From a virus: DNA of 64,000 bases. Shown here in pieces: positions 32,547 to 41,431 of this stretch (the first letter of the stretch is position 1; every line of letters begins with the position of its first letter). The stretch lies in the IMG/VR virus record IMGVR_UViG_3300042484_001802; one strand, given 5' to 3'. The position numbers and the translations under genes were made by a program. Under the pieces are notes generated by a model, which was not told the origin of the DNA, made no database searches, and saw only the letters and a program-made list of their open reading frames with translations.

Positions 32547-33361
32547 TAAAAAAAATAATTCATATCGCAGATTTACACATCCGTACATATCAAATGCACG
32601 AGTTGTATAAAACACAGTTTGATAAGTTAATTGAAGAAGTACGTGAACATGCAGCACAATGGACTTCAGAAGGTATTCGATGGGAAGAAATTCGCATTGT
32701 AATTGCTGGTGACATAGCACATCAAAAGATTAATATATCCAACGAACAATTACTATTAACTAGTTGGTTCTTAAATCAACTATCAAGTTATGGTATGGTT
32801 GTTATCATCCCTGGAAATCACGACTTCTTAGAGAATAACCACGAGCGTTTAGACAGTATAACACCTATTATAGAATTGTTAAACAATAAAAATATTGTTT
32901 ATTATAGAGACATGGGTGTTTATAAAGATGATAATGTTAATTGGGTTGTGTATTCATTATATCAGCATAATCAACGACCTGAATTTGAAAAAGAAGAAGG
33001 TAAACTACACATCGGATTATTTCACGGACCAATTCAAGGATTATCAACTGATTTAGGTTTTGAGTTTGAAGATGCATATGACCAATTAAATTTTAGAGAT
33101 TTAGATTTATTACTATGTGGCGACATTCACAAAAGACAAACCTTTACATTGCCTAGCGGTGGTAAAGGTGTAATGATTGGTTCTTTAATACAACAGAATT
33201 TCGGTGAGACAGTTAATCATCATGGTTATGGCGTCTATGATGTTAATACAAACACATATGAGTTTAAAAACTTACAAGTTGAACAACCATTTTTACATTT
33301 TAAAATCACAGACATAAATGATATCGAAGAGCAAAAAGAGCATCTCGTTAATCTTGGATGA
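32543..33361 (+). CDS. sbcD: SbcD/Mre11/gp47-like metallophosphoesterase (catalytic domain only)
   Basis: HIADLH, AGD, PGNHD, FHG, GDIHK motifs. Confidence 0.88.
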   Translation: MIKKIIHIADLHIRTYQMHELYKTQFDKLIEEVREHAAQWTSEGIRWEEIRIVIAGDIAHQKINISNEQLLLTSWFLNQLSSYGMVVIIPGNHDFLENNHERLDSITPIIELLNNKNIVYYRDMGVYKDDNVNWVVYSLYQHNQRPEFEKEEGKLHIGLFHGPIQGLSTDLGFEFEDAYDQLNFRDLDLLLCGDIHKRQTFTLPSGGKGVMIGSLIQQNFGETVNHHGYGVYDVNTNTYEFKNLQVEQPFLHFKITDINDIEEQKEHLVNLG

Positions 33362-33839
33362 TGATTTTATACAATACTGCAAACTCAACAATATAGAGGA
33401 TCAACAATCATTTGCTAAAAGAATATTTAATCAAGGTTTCTCAATCATAAAGTACGGTGAAACCCCTAATGGGGTACAGGGTAAAGAGAAAATTGTGGAG
33501 AAGGAAGTTATCAAAGAAGTAATTGTTGAAAAGATTGTAGAGGTGGTGAAATTAGTAGAAGTCATCAAAGAAATACCTGTTGAGAAAATTGTGGAAATTA
33601 TAAAAGAAGTTCCAGTTAAAACGAAAGGGGAAACTCAAATTGTAACTAAAGAAGTTATTAAAGAGGTCTTTGTAGATAAAATAATCCCAGATGTTGAAAA
33701 GGATAAAACAATTCAAAAATTAACAGAGGAAAATCAAAAACTTACAAATGATTTAAATAAAATAACCACAGCGTTGGATAAGATGGGTAAAGCCAAGTAC
33801 CTTAAAAACAGCGACTTAAATGACTTGTATGGCGAATAA
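33318..33839 (+). CDS. Hypothetical protein with V/I-E-K charged repeats and C-terminal coiled coil
   Basis: EKIVEV / IKEVPV repeats. Confidence 0.6.
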   Translation: MISKSKKSISLILDDDFIQYCKLNNIEDQQSFAKRIFNQGFSIIKYGETPNGVQGKEKIVEKEVIKEVIVEKIVEVVKLVEVIKEIPVEKIVEIIKEVPVKTKGETQIVTKEVIKEVFVDKIIPDVEKDKTIQKLTEENQKLTNDLNKITTALDKMGKAKYLKNSDLNDLYGE

Positions 33840-33896
33840 AATCGGGCAACGGTTATTTTTTATTATGTGGTAAATAAAGTATATTAGTAAAAACAT

Positions 33897-34214
33897 ATGA
33901 ATATGACATTATTATTTTTCTGGGCTTTTATGGCTTACGGTATGACAACAATAATTGTTTACGGATCAATATTCGATAAACCTAGGGAGTTCATTAAGAG
34001 ACACTCAAAATTTTTTGGAGATCTTGTTGGTTGTATGCTTTGTACATCAACTTGGTGCGGATTTTTCTTATCATTAGTTTTGGGCGGGCTGTCAACTAAA
34101 ATATTTGACATTAATTGGATTCCAGCAATATTTTTTGATGGTATGTATACGGCCGGCATCGTCTGGGCTATAAACGGAATAGTTGAATTTTTTGAAGAAA
34201 GTAGAATAAAATAA
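33897..34214 (+). CDS. Small membrane protein, DUF1360-like
   Basis: Three hydrophobic segments, IFDKPRE and CMLCTSTW (CxxCxSxW) motif. Confidence 0.6.
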   Translation: MNMTLLFFWAFMAYGMTTIIVYGSIFDKPREFIKRHSKFFGDLVGCMLCTSTWCGFFLSLVLGGLSTKIFDINWIPAIFFDGMYTAGIVWAINGIVEFFEESRIK

Positions 34215-34234
34215 TATAAATAAAATAACAAAAA

Positions 34235-35188
34235 ATGACATCAAGTGAATTTGAAGTAAAAAAAATTAAATGGTTGGAAACCGCTAAAACCAAAAAAGGT
34301 ATTATAGCACAGTTAGACCCTGACGGATTATATTCCGCGTTTATTATTAGTAGATTAACAGGATTAGATGTTGTTGGCGTATCGGATTTATATAACAACA
34401 TTTATGGTATTGATGAAAACGACAAGCTAAGTGATTATGTTTTTGTTGACGTTGAAATGTTCTTACCAGATGTATTATCTGTTGGTAATCATAATAACAT
34501 TACAAGCCCTAAAGTTTACGAGGAAATTAAAGACAGATTGGTTAATTGTTTAAACCCTAACTATCAGTTTGGTGTAACCGTAAAAGAATATACTGGTAAG
34601 TACCCGTTTGGTACCGCACATTATCTAATTGAATTATATTCAGAAGAATTAAATCTTCCTGAGTTATTTGAATCAAAAGAGTTATTACAACTTCTGTATA
34701 TTTCAGATGCGGTATATAATACGGTAAACAAATACCCCACAAACTTTAAGAACTGGGCAGATAAATTATTTAAAAACGATTTATTTCAAGATAAATTTTT
34801 AAAGGTATTATTTAAAAAATTTAGTTTCTCAAAAGACACAGAACGCTTATTAAACGAAGCAAAAAAGATGTTTGGTGGTTATGAATTCTTTAATAAACGT
34901 TTAAACAGTAAAAATATTGACGAAGAAACTCGTTTATCTTTGGTAAAAGAGAAATTAAATCACTTATCTTTACCATTCCAAAACTTAGGTATGGATTTTA
35001 CTAAAATAAACATGGATAAGAATATTAAACTTAATAGTCACAAATATGGTGGTTACAGTGGTAATGAATTACCAGAAGATATTACGCAAAACCCGGCATC
35101 ATTATATGAAAATGTGATGACAATTAATTACACAGGACAAAATATCATTTCTTTAACCTATATTCCAAAGGAAACACAAAATGTATAA
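34235..35188 (+). CDS. Divergent DHH-superfamily phosphoesterase-like protein
   Basis: LDPDG, VFVD, GNHN (in place of DHH), YISD motif order. Confidence 0.5.
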   Translation: MTSSEFEVKKIKWLETAKTKKGIIAQLDPDGLYSAFIISRLTGLDVVGVSDLYNNIYGIDENDKLSDYVFVDVEMFLPDVLSVGNHNNITSPKVYEEIKDRLVNCLNPNYQFGVTVKEYTGKYPFGTAHYLIELYSEELNLPELFESKELLQLLYISDAVYNTVNKYPTNFKNWADKLFKNDLFQDKFLKVLFKKFSFSKDTERLLNEAKKMFGGYEFFNKRLNSKNIDEETRLSLVKEKLNHLSLPFQNLGMDFTKINMDKNIKLNSHKYGGYSGNELPEDITQNPASLYENVMTINYTGQNIISLTYIPKETQNV

Positions 35189-37520
35189 TAACCCTTTTAT
35201 TAAAGTTGAGTGGGAAGATACTCCAGAGAATCTTACCCAAGAAAGAATCAAACGTGTTAAATCGTATTTCCAAAACAAATACAATAGCACGAATGTTAAG
35301 ATTGTTACAAAGACAATCAACAACTCATCCAATGCGAAGTTGAAATCGTTAGAGGCGTCTGATAATATATTGGACCCTCAATATCAAAAAAACTTGGTAA
35401 AGGAGTTCTTAACTGAGAACCAGTCAACGATTAAATGGGATTTTATAAATCGTTTAGATGACCGTGTTAATGGTGAAATCGATAAATTAAATCAGAACAA
35501 GGTTAGATATAATAAATGGTTTATTAAAAAGGTTGAATTCTCAAACTTCCTATCCTATGGTGAAGGGAATGTAATTGATTTTACAGATTTAGACGGCATC
35601 ACAGTAATTGAATCAACACCTAAAAATTTTGGTGGTAAGTCAACCGCAACTGTTGATTTATTGATGTTTTTGTTCTTTAATTCAACAACCAAAACAAAAA
35701 CTAACGGAGAGATATTCAACAAGTTTTCCGATTCAGATGAAGTTAAGGTAAAAGGTGAGGTTACAATTGATGGTGATGATTATCTTATCAGTAGAACTAT
35801 TACTCGCAAAAAAAGTAAGTCAGGTGAATACACGGTTAAAAATGATTTGGAGTTCTTTAAGAAATCACCAGAAGGTGAATTGATTAATTTATCTGGTGAA
35901 CAAAGAAGAGAGACAGAGATATTAATTACATCCGCTATTGGAACTGAAGAAGATTTCTTATCTACAATTTTAACAACTGGTTATAACTTAGAAGAACTTA
36001 TTGAAAGTAAACCAACTGCTAGAGGACAAATCATCACTAAATTTCTTGGGTTAGAATCCTTAAAACAAAAAGAGGATATTGCTAAAGAAATGTATAGTGA
36101 ATGGAGTAAGAAATTAGTTTCTAACACCAACAACAAAACAGATTTAGAGGATCAGATTAAAACGTTTGAAGATTCAATTGAAAATTCTAATACGCAGATT
36201 GGTGAATTAGGTGTAGCTTTAGATGGTTTTAAAGACGCCTTAAAAAATCTAGAAGATAGACGAGATTTTATATTGGGTCAAAAGAATAACGACATCGATG
36301 ATGATCTTATAAGAACTAACCCAACTTTATTGCAAAGAGAGATTGATGACCTTAAGCGTCTTCAATCATCTAGTAAGAGCCAAGGCGATGCGGTAAGTGT
36401 TGTGGAGCCATCGCAGTATTATTTAGACGAAGAACACGATAAGTTAAAAGATAAAGTTAATTCAATCGTTGTTGAAGGTAAACTGGTTAGTGAAACCATT
36501 ACTCGTAATGAAAATTTAGTTAATCAATTAGAAAAAGGTAGTGTATGTCCAACATGTCACAGAGCGTTAGATGAGGTTGACCACACTAGTGAGATTGAAA
36601 AAATCAAGAAAGAGATTGAGGATTTAAAAACTAAACAAGGGGAACTAAAATCTCAATACACCGAAGCAAATGACGCTGAAAAGTTATACGCTGCGATTAA
36701 AAAAGAATATGACGAATACGAAAGAAATAAACTTCGTAAAAGTAGATTCGAATTAGAGGTTGAACAAAAACAAGTTGAGATTGATTCTAAACAATCAAAG
36801 TTAGACCGCTATGATAGCAACAAATCTAAATTGGAAAATAACCAAAAGATTGAGGCAGAAATCATTACTTTAAGAACTAAGATTGAAACAGCAAACGCGG
36901 ATATTCAACAAACCTTAAACAATATTGAAAGACATAAAAATAATATTAGCAATCTTAAAGAAAAGATTGAAAACAATATTAAGTTGATTGAAAAAATTAA
37001 AGGCGAGGAAGAATATTTGCAAGTGTTCAAAACCTACTTGATGGTGTTTGGTAAGAATGGTATTTCAAAAGTTATCTTGAAAAATATGATACCACTTCTA
37101 AATCAAGAATTATCAAGATTGCTTTTAGATAGTTCATACTTCACACTAGAATTGAATATCAATGACAAGAATGAAGTTGAATTCATTATGATTGATAATG
37201 AAACAAGAGTGGTTAAACCACTTAATGCTGGCTCTGGTTATGAAAGAACAATATCGTCATTAGCATTAAGAAGTGTATTAACTAAAGTGTCATCTCTACC
37301 TAAACCAAACATTGTAGTGATGGACGAAGTATTTGGTAAGATAGCTGATGAAAATTTAGAAATGGTTGGTGAGTTCTTTAAAAAGATTAAGAATTATTTC
37401 GAACATATATTTGTTATCTCACACAACCCGTTAATTAGAAACTGGTCAGATAATATTATCATGGTTAAGAAAGATGATAACATATCATCAATCGACTATG
37501 TGACGGCTAAAATGAATTAG
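35181..37520 (+). CDS. sbcC: SbcC/Rad50/gp46-like SMC ATPase with ~110-aa N-terminal extension
   Basis: FSNFLSYG, NFGGKST (Walker A), long coiled coil, CPTC zinc hook, GSGYE signature, VVMDE (Walker B), ISHN. Confidence 0.92.
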   Translation: MYNNPFIKVEWEDTPENLTQERIKRVKSYFQNKYNSTNVKIVTKTINNSSNAKLKSLEASDNILDPQYQKNLVKEFLTENQSTIKWDFINRLDDRVNGEIDKLNQNKVRYNKWFIKKVEFSNFLSYGEGNVIDFTDLDGITVIESTPKNFGGKSTATVDLLMFLFFNSTTKTKTNGEIFNKFSDSDEVKVKGEVTIDGDDYLISRTITRKKSKSGEYTVKNDLEFFKKSPEGELINLSGEQRRETEILITSAIGTEEDFLSTILTTGYNLEELIESKPTARGQIITKFLGLESLKQKEDIAKEMYSEWSKKLVSNTNNKTDLEDQIKTFEDSIENSNTQIGELGVALDGFKDALKNLEDRRDFILGQKNNDIDDDLIRTNPTLLQREIDDLKRLQSSSKSQGDAVSVVEPSQYYLDEEHDKLKDKVNSIVVEGKLVSETITRNENLVNQLEKGSVCPTCHRALDEVDHTSEIEKIKKEIEDLKTKQGELKSQYTEANDAEKLYAAIKKEYDEYERNKLRKSRFELEVEQKQVEIDSKQSKLDRYDSNKSKLENNQKIEAEIITLRTKIETANADIQQTLNNIERHKNNISNLKEKIENNIKLIEKIKGEEEYLQVFKTYLMVFGKNGISKVILKNMIPLLNQELSRLLLDSSYFTLELNINDKNEVEFIMIDNETRVVKPLNAGSGYERTISSLALRSVLTKVSSLPKPNIVVMDEVFGKIADENLEMVGEFFKKIKNYFEHIFVISHNPLIRNWSDNIIMVKKDDNISSIDYVTAKMN

Positions 37521-38311
37521 GTATTAAGATGTTGATAGATTGCGAGTAATGCTTTTTGAAATACGTCAATAGTGTTCTCGCAATCAGTTAACGCTTCATG
37601 AGCCATTTCTAATTTCTTAGCATACTCATCTGGATCTGGGTTAAACCCTTTCACTAAATCAGCGAGTGCGCTTGATTTTTTATTTTCGCCTGGAATTTGA
37701 TTGTACAATGTTTTATGTCTATCACTTGTCTTTGATAATTCAGCTAAAATTGGGTGAAATCTATATCTAAAGAATTCTAGTGTATCAAAGACCAAACGGT
37801 TTTTTGTTTTAAACACTTCACTTATTTCAACAAACGGCAAATCAAATGGTGCATTATGTATAAATAAAATAACATCACCATGAGAATCTAGATAGTTATC
37901 AAATTCTTCTAGTGCTTCTCTTTCTTCAGTAAATGATTCTGAGTTTGCTAAATCGTAATGGTTATATTTTAAAATTGCTTTTTTAGAATAACTAAACATC
38001 TTTTTTAATCTTTCTGGGTCATCTGGCAATTCTCTATCAGGTTCATCATTAACCTTGGCTAACATTTCTGGATTTAATTTAATTTTAACATTAAATCTAT
38101 CTATTTCAGCAAACCTTAGGGTTTCGGTATTAAAGAATGTCGCTATGGCTCCAATTTGGGTTAATTGGTCACCACTTGAGGGTCCACGGCCGGTTGTTTC
38201 GGTGTCGAAGAACACATATGTGTGATCAGCGTGGTCTGCAAACCACCTTAATAATTTATTAGCACCCGGAGAAACAATCTCCTCATTTAGCACGTCTAAG
38301 ATTTTTATCAT
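37517..38311 (-). CDS. DEDDh 3'-5' exonuclease (DnaQ/RNase T-like)
   Basis: FFDTETTG, HNAPFD, FDTL, AHEALTD motifs. Confidence 0.88.
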   Translation of the reverse strand: MIKILDVLNEEIVSPGANKLLRWFADHADHTYVFFDTETTGRGPSSGDQLTQIGAIATFFNTETLRFAEIDRFNVKIKLNPEMLAKVNDEPDRELPDDPERLKKMFSYSKKAILKYNHYDLANSESFTEEREALEEFDNYLDSHGDVILFIHNAPFDLPFVEISEVFKTKNRLVFDTLEFFRYRFHPILAELSKTSDRHKTLYNQIPGENKKSSALADLVKGFNPDPDEYAKKLEMAHEALTDCENTIDVFQKALLAIYQHLNT

Positions 38312-38351
38312 AATAATAAATATGAAATTTTTTTTATTGGGGTTAAAATCA

Positions 38352-38359
38352 TATATTTG
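38352..38359 (+). promoter_or_regulatory. Bacteroidota -7 element upstream of clpP
   Basis: Exact TAnnTTTG (TATATTTG) 17 nt before the ATG; -33 box unclear. Confidence 0.55.
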
Positions 38360-38376
38360 TTAAAAAGATAGATACT

Positions 38377-39048
38377 ATGACACCCAAAGATTACAAAGAT
38401 TTTGGTTTATATGCAAAAGACCGTGGGATTAGTTCCTTAAACATGCATTATCATCAAAAAAGTATTGAGGATAGTTTAACACCGTATGTCTTAGAAGAAA
38501 GACAAATGAATGTCACACAAATGGATGTTTTTTCACGTTTAATGATGGAAAGAATCATTTGGGTTGCTGGTGAGGTTAACGATAATATGTCAGTGATTAC
38601 TCAAGCACAGTTAATGTTCCTAGACAGTTTAGATACTAATGACATAACTATGCATATCGATACCCCAGGCGGAAGCGTTAAATCTGGTTTATCAATGGTT
38701 GATGTTATGGATTACATTAAGTCCGATATTAGGACGATTAATACTGGAATGGCCGCATCTATGGGTTCAATCCTTTTAGGAGCAGGAACAAAGGGAAAAC
38801 GTGGTTCATTGAGATTCTCAAGAACAATGTTACACCAATCATCTGGAGGTTTTAGAGGTAACATCCAAGATGCTAAGATTGATATGGTTGAGTGGGATAA
38901 ATTAAATAACACATTATTTGACCTATTAGGTGGTTATTGTGGTAAAACAGGTGAACAAGTTAAACAAGATGCATCTAGGGATCTCTGGTTGAGTTCTGAC
39001 GATGCTTTAGCATATGGTATTATTGACGAAGTTGTCAAAAGAAAATAG
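38377..39048 (+). CDS. clpP: ATP-dependent Clp protease proteolytic subunit
   Basis: MDVFSRLMMERII, TPGGSV, AASMG (Ser), MLHQ (His), RDLWL (Asp), YGIIDEV. Confidence 0.95.
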   Translation: MTPKDYKDFGLYAKDRGISSLNMHYHQKSIEDSLTPYVLEERQMNVTQMDVFSRLMMERIIWVAGEVNDNMSVITQAQLMFLDSLDTNDITMHIDTPGGSVKSGLSMVDVMDYIKSDIRTINTGMAASMGSILLGAGTKGKRGSLRFSRTMLHQSSGGFRGNIQDAKIDMVEWDKLNNTLFDLLGGYCGKTGEQVKQDASRDLWLSSDDALAYGIIDEVVKRK

Positions 39049-39083
39049 GGTTAATTTATTCAACATTTTGGTTTCAACAAATC

Positions 39084-39109
39084 GGGAAGTTTTTAACTTC
39101 CCTTTTTTT
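39084..39109 (+). terminator. Intrinsic terminator after clpP
   Basis: GGGAAGTT / AACTTCCC + T7. Confidence 0.88.
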
Positions 39110-39132
39110 ATTTATTCCCTTATATTTATTCC

Positions 39133-40045
39133 TAGACCTTGTGGTTGAAGTCGAAGTGTCCCAGAGGCATTTGAGTTGGAATTAATACCAACGAATTCGG
39201 GTTCAAATACAAAAAAAATATAAGGAAATGAACAGAAGAATTTCAGTTAACACAACTGGTCTTGCTGTACCACAATCTTTCATTACTAAAGGTAAACAAA
39301 GATTAAAACAGCACATTGACACCGTATATCTTAATAACGGTGATGAGTTCGAAATCGAACTTTTTAATCCAACACACAATAAAGTTTTAGCAAAAATTGA
39401 GATGAATGGTAATGCCGTTGGTAATGGTATTATAATTCGTCCAGGTGAACGCGTTTTCCTCGAAAGATATCTTGATGAGGCAAAGAAGTTTTTATTTGAA
39501 ACATATGTTGTAAATGGTGATAATTTAGAAGTACAAGAAGCAATTGCTGATAATGGTGATGTGGTTATTAAGTTCTATAACGAAACTCCTCCACCGACAT
39601 ATTATAGCGGTAATTCAGGCACGTTAACGATATCTAACCCAGGTTGGATAAACAACACGGGAACACAATATTACAACATTCCAAACTTTTCCACAACAAG
39701 TACAAGTACGTTTTACAATGCGTCTTTAACAAGTGGAACGTTTAGTACCTCAAATACATTCTTAAACAACCCCGATAAGGTTAAAAAATCTAAAAGACAG
39801 GTTGAAACAGGTAGAGTTGAAAAGGGTTCCAATTCTAATCAATCCTTTACATACGATAGCACATCTTTCAATAGTTGGGCGTCTAACACAAATTGGTGGA
39901 AAATAAAACCCAAATCAACTCAATTGGTAACAATGGATGATTTGGCTACATATTGCACTGAATGTGGCGGGAAAAGGAAAAAAGACACATATAAGTTCTG
40001 CCCACAATGTGGTACAAAATACTAATAAACTAATCACAAGGTCTA
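39133..40045 (+). repeat. 15-nt long-range inverted repeat bracketing one gene
   Basis: TAGACCTTGTGGTTG (39133-39147) versus TAATCACAAGGTCTA (40031-40045): 13 Watson-Crick and 2 G-U pairs. Confidence 0.85.
39228..40025 (+). CDS. Hypothetical protein with C-terminal zinc ribbon
   Basis: Beta-rich N-domain, S/T/N-rich linker, ETGRVEKGS motif, CTECG...CPQCG. Confidence 0.7.
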   Translation: MNRRISVNTTGLAVPQSFITKGKQRLKQHIDTVYLNNGDEFEIELFNPTHNKVLAKIEMNGNAVGNGIIIRPGERVFLERYLDEAKKFLFETYVVNGDNLEVQEAIADNGDVVIKFYNETPPPTYYSGNSGTLTISNPGWINNTGTQYYNIPNFSTTSTSTFYNASLTSGTFSTSNTFLNNPDKVKKSKRQVETGRVEKGSNSNQSFTYDSTSFNSWASNTNWWKIKPKSTQLVTMDDLATYCTECGGKRKKDTYKFCPQCGTKY

Positions 40046-40050
40046 ACTCT

Positions 40051-40073
40051 GAGGTCGCTTTTGCGACCTCTTT
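40051..40073 (+). terminator. Intrinsic terminator
   Basis: GAGGTCGC-TTTT-GCGACCTC followed by TTTGTATTT. Confidence 0.75.
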
Positions 40074-40096
40074 GTATTTATAATAAAACAGATAAT

Positions 40097-40432
40097 ATGA
40101 AGATTGATAAAACAAACATCCTATTAGTTTTGATTGCTTGTTTGGCTGGCTATACCATATTTCAAAATCAAGGTATAAAAACTGACGTTGCGGGTTATAA
40201 CGCTAAAATTGAATCCTTACAAAAGGAAATTGATTCGGTTTATATTGCAAACAAAGAAATAGACAATCAAATCGAAAAAGTTGATAATCACATTGTTAAT
40301 GTTGATAAAGATATCGACAACGTGACAAAAAACATAACTATTATTAAAAACAACACAGATGAAAAAGTTAATTCTATTACTACTATTGGTAATGTTGAGC
40401 TTGAGCAGTTATTCGCAAACAGATACAACTAA
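40097..40432 (+). CDS. Membrane-anchored coiled-coil protein, spanin-like
   Basis: N-terminal hydrophobic anchor plus heptad coiled coil; ATG 40097 follows TATTTAT at 40075; overlaps the next gene. Confidence 0.5.
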   Translation: MKIDKTNILLVLIACLAGYTIFQNQGIKTDVAGYNAKIESLQKEIDSVYIANKEIDNQIEKVDNHIVNVDKDIDNVTKNITIIKNNTDEKVNSITTIGNVELEQLFANRYN

Positions 40433-40784
40433 AGTTATTGTATTAGATACTACTAAAGTTACTATACCAACAAAAGTTGCTAGATTAGTATTTCAAGATT
40501 TGCTTCGTTACGACGGTGCTAAGTTAGAAATTATTGAGTTAAATAAAGTAATAACACTAAAAGACGAACAAATTGGTTTGTTTAAACAAAAAGACACTTT
40601 AAAAGACCAAAAAATAACAAACTTAGAAGTTATTATTTCTAAGAAAGATGAACAGTTTGGTTTAGAAAGACAAAAATCTGAAAGTTTATTAAAAGAACTT
40701 AAAGGGCAAAGAACCAAAACATTTTTATATAAAGTTGGAACTTATGTCGGGATAATTGCTACTAGTATATTATTGATTAAGTAA
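40359..40784 (+). CDS. Exported coiled-coil protein with C-terminal hydrophobic segment, spanin-partner-like
   Basis: MKKLILLLLL..SYSQ signal peptide (cleavage before Gln, Bacteroidota style); 74-nt overlap with the upstream gene as in Rz/Rz1 pairs. Confidence 0.5.
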   Translation: MKKLILLLLLVMLSLSSYSQTDTTKVIVLDTTKVTIPTKVARLVFQDLLRYDGAKLEIIELNKVITLKDEQIGLFKQKDTLKDQKITNLEVIISKKDEQFGLERQKSESLLKELKGQRTKTFLYKVGTYVGIIATSILLIK

Positions 40785-40785
40785 T

Positions 40786-41427
40786 ATGAAAAAACATTTA
40801 ACAGCCAAGAATTTTATTATTGTTATTTTAATAATTTTATTATTCTTGGCTTTTTACAATCCAGGCGGGCATTTACCAAATAGAACAATCACAAGGGTTG
40901 ATTCAATAGGTTATGCCGTACACGATACAATATCAGTGGATAGTTTAATTGAGGTAGAAATTGAAATTGAGGTTCCAGTTGAGGTGGAGGTTGAAAAAAG
41001 AGTAGAGGTACAGGTATTAACACCAGTTGACACAACAGAAATTTTAAAGATTTATTTTGCGAAAATCCAACATAAAGATGTGCTAACATTACCTAACAAT
41101 GTTGGGACTATTACGATTATGGATACAATATCTAAAAATAGTATTGTTAACAGAAAGTTTATTAGTGACATTAAACAAATGATTATTAAAGATACAGTTT
41201 ACACAAAAGAACCTAAGAAAGGTCAAATGTACTTTGGATTTAATGGTAGTTTAAGTAAACCTGATGTAGTTTCACATCTTGGCACTGGTATAATGTATAA
41301 AACAAAAGAAGATAAGATATATCATCTAGGTATTGGTGTGGCAAACAGAATCTTAGACGGGACGACCGGAAAATTTACCCCATATGTTGACGGCGGTGTT
41401 TATTTTAAGATAAAAACAAGAAGGTAA
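40786..41427 (+). CDS. Membrane-anchored/exported protein with beta-rich C-terminus
   Basis: N-terminal transmembrane segment, VEVE repeats, amphipathic beta strands ending GGVYFKI. Confidence 0.55.
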   Translation: MKKHLTAKNFIIVILIILLFLAFYNPGGHLPNRTITRVDSIGYAVHDTISVDSLIEVEIEIEVPVEVEVEKRVEVQVLTPVDTTEILKIYFAKIQHKDVLTLPNNVGTITIMDTISKNSIVNRKFISDIKQMIIKDTVYTKEPKKGQMYFGFNGSLSKPDVVSHLGTGIMYKTKEDKIYHLGIGVANRILDGTTGKFTPYVDGGVYFKIKTRR

Positions 41428-41431
41428 TTAA

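Noticed and set aside
39195-39212. GGGTTCAAAT resembling a tRNA T-loop
   Set aside because: No acceptor stem, D-arm or anticodon arm can be built; treated as part of the structured leader.
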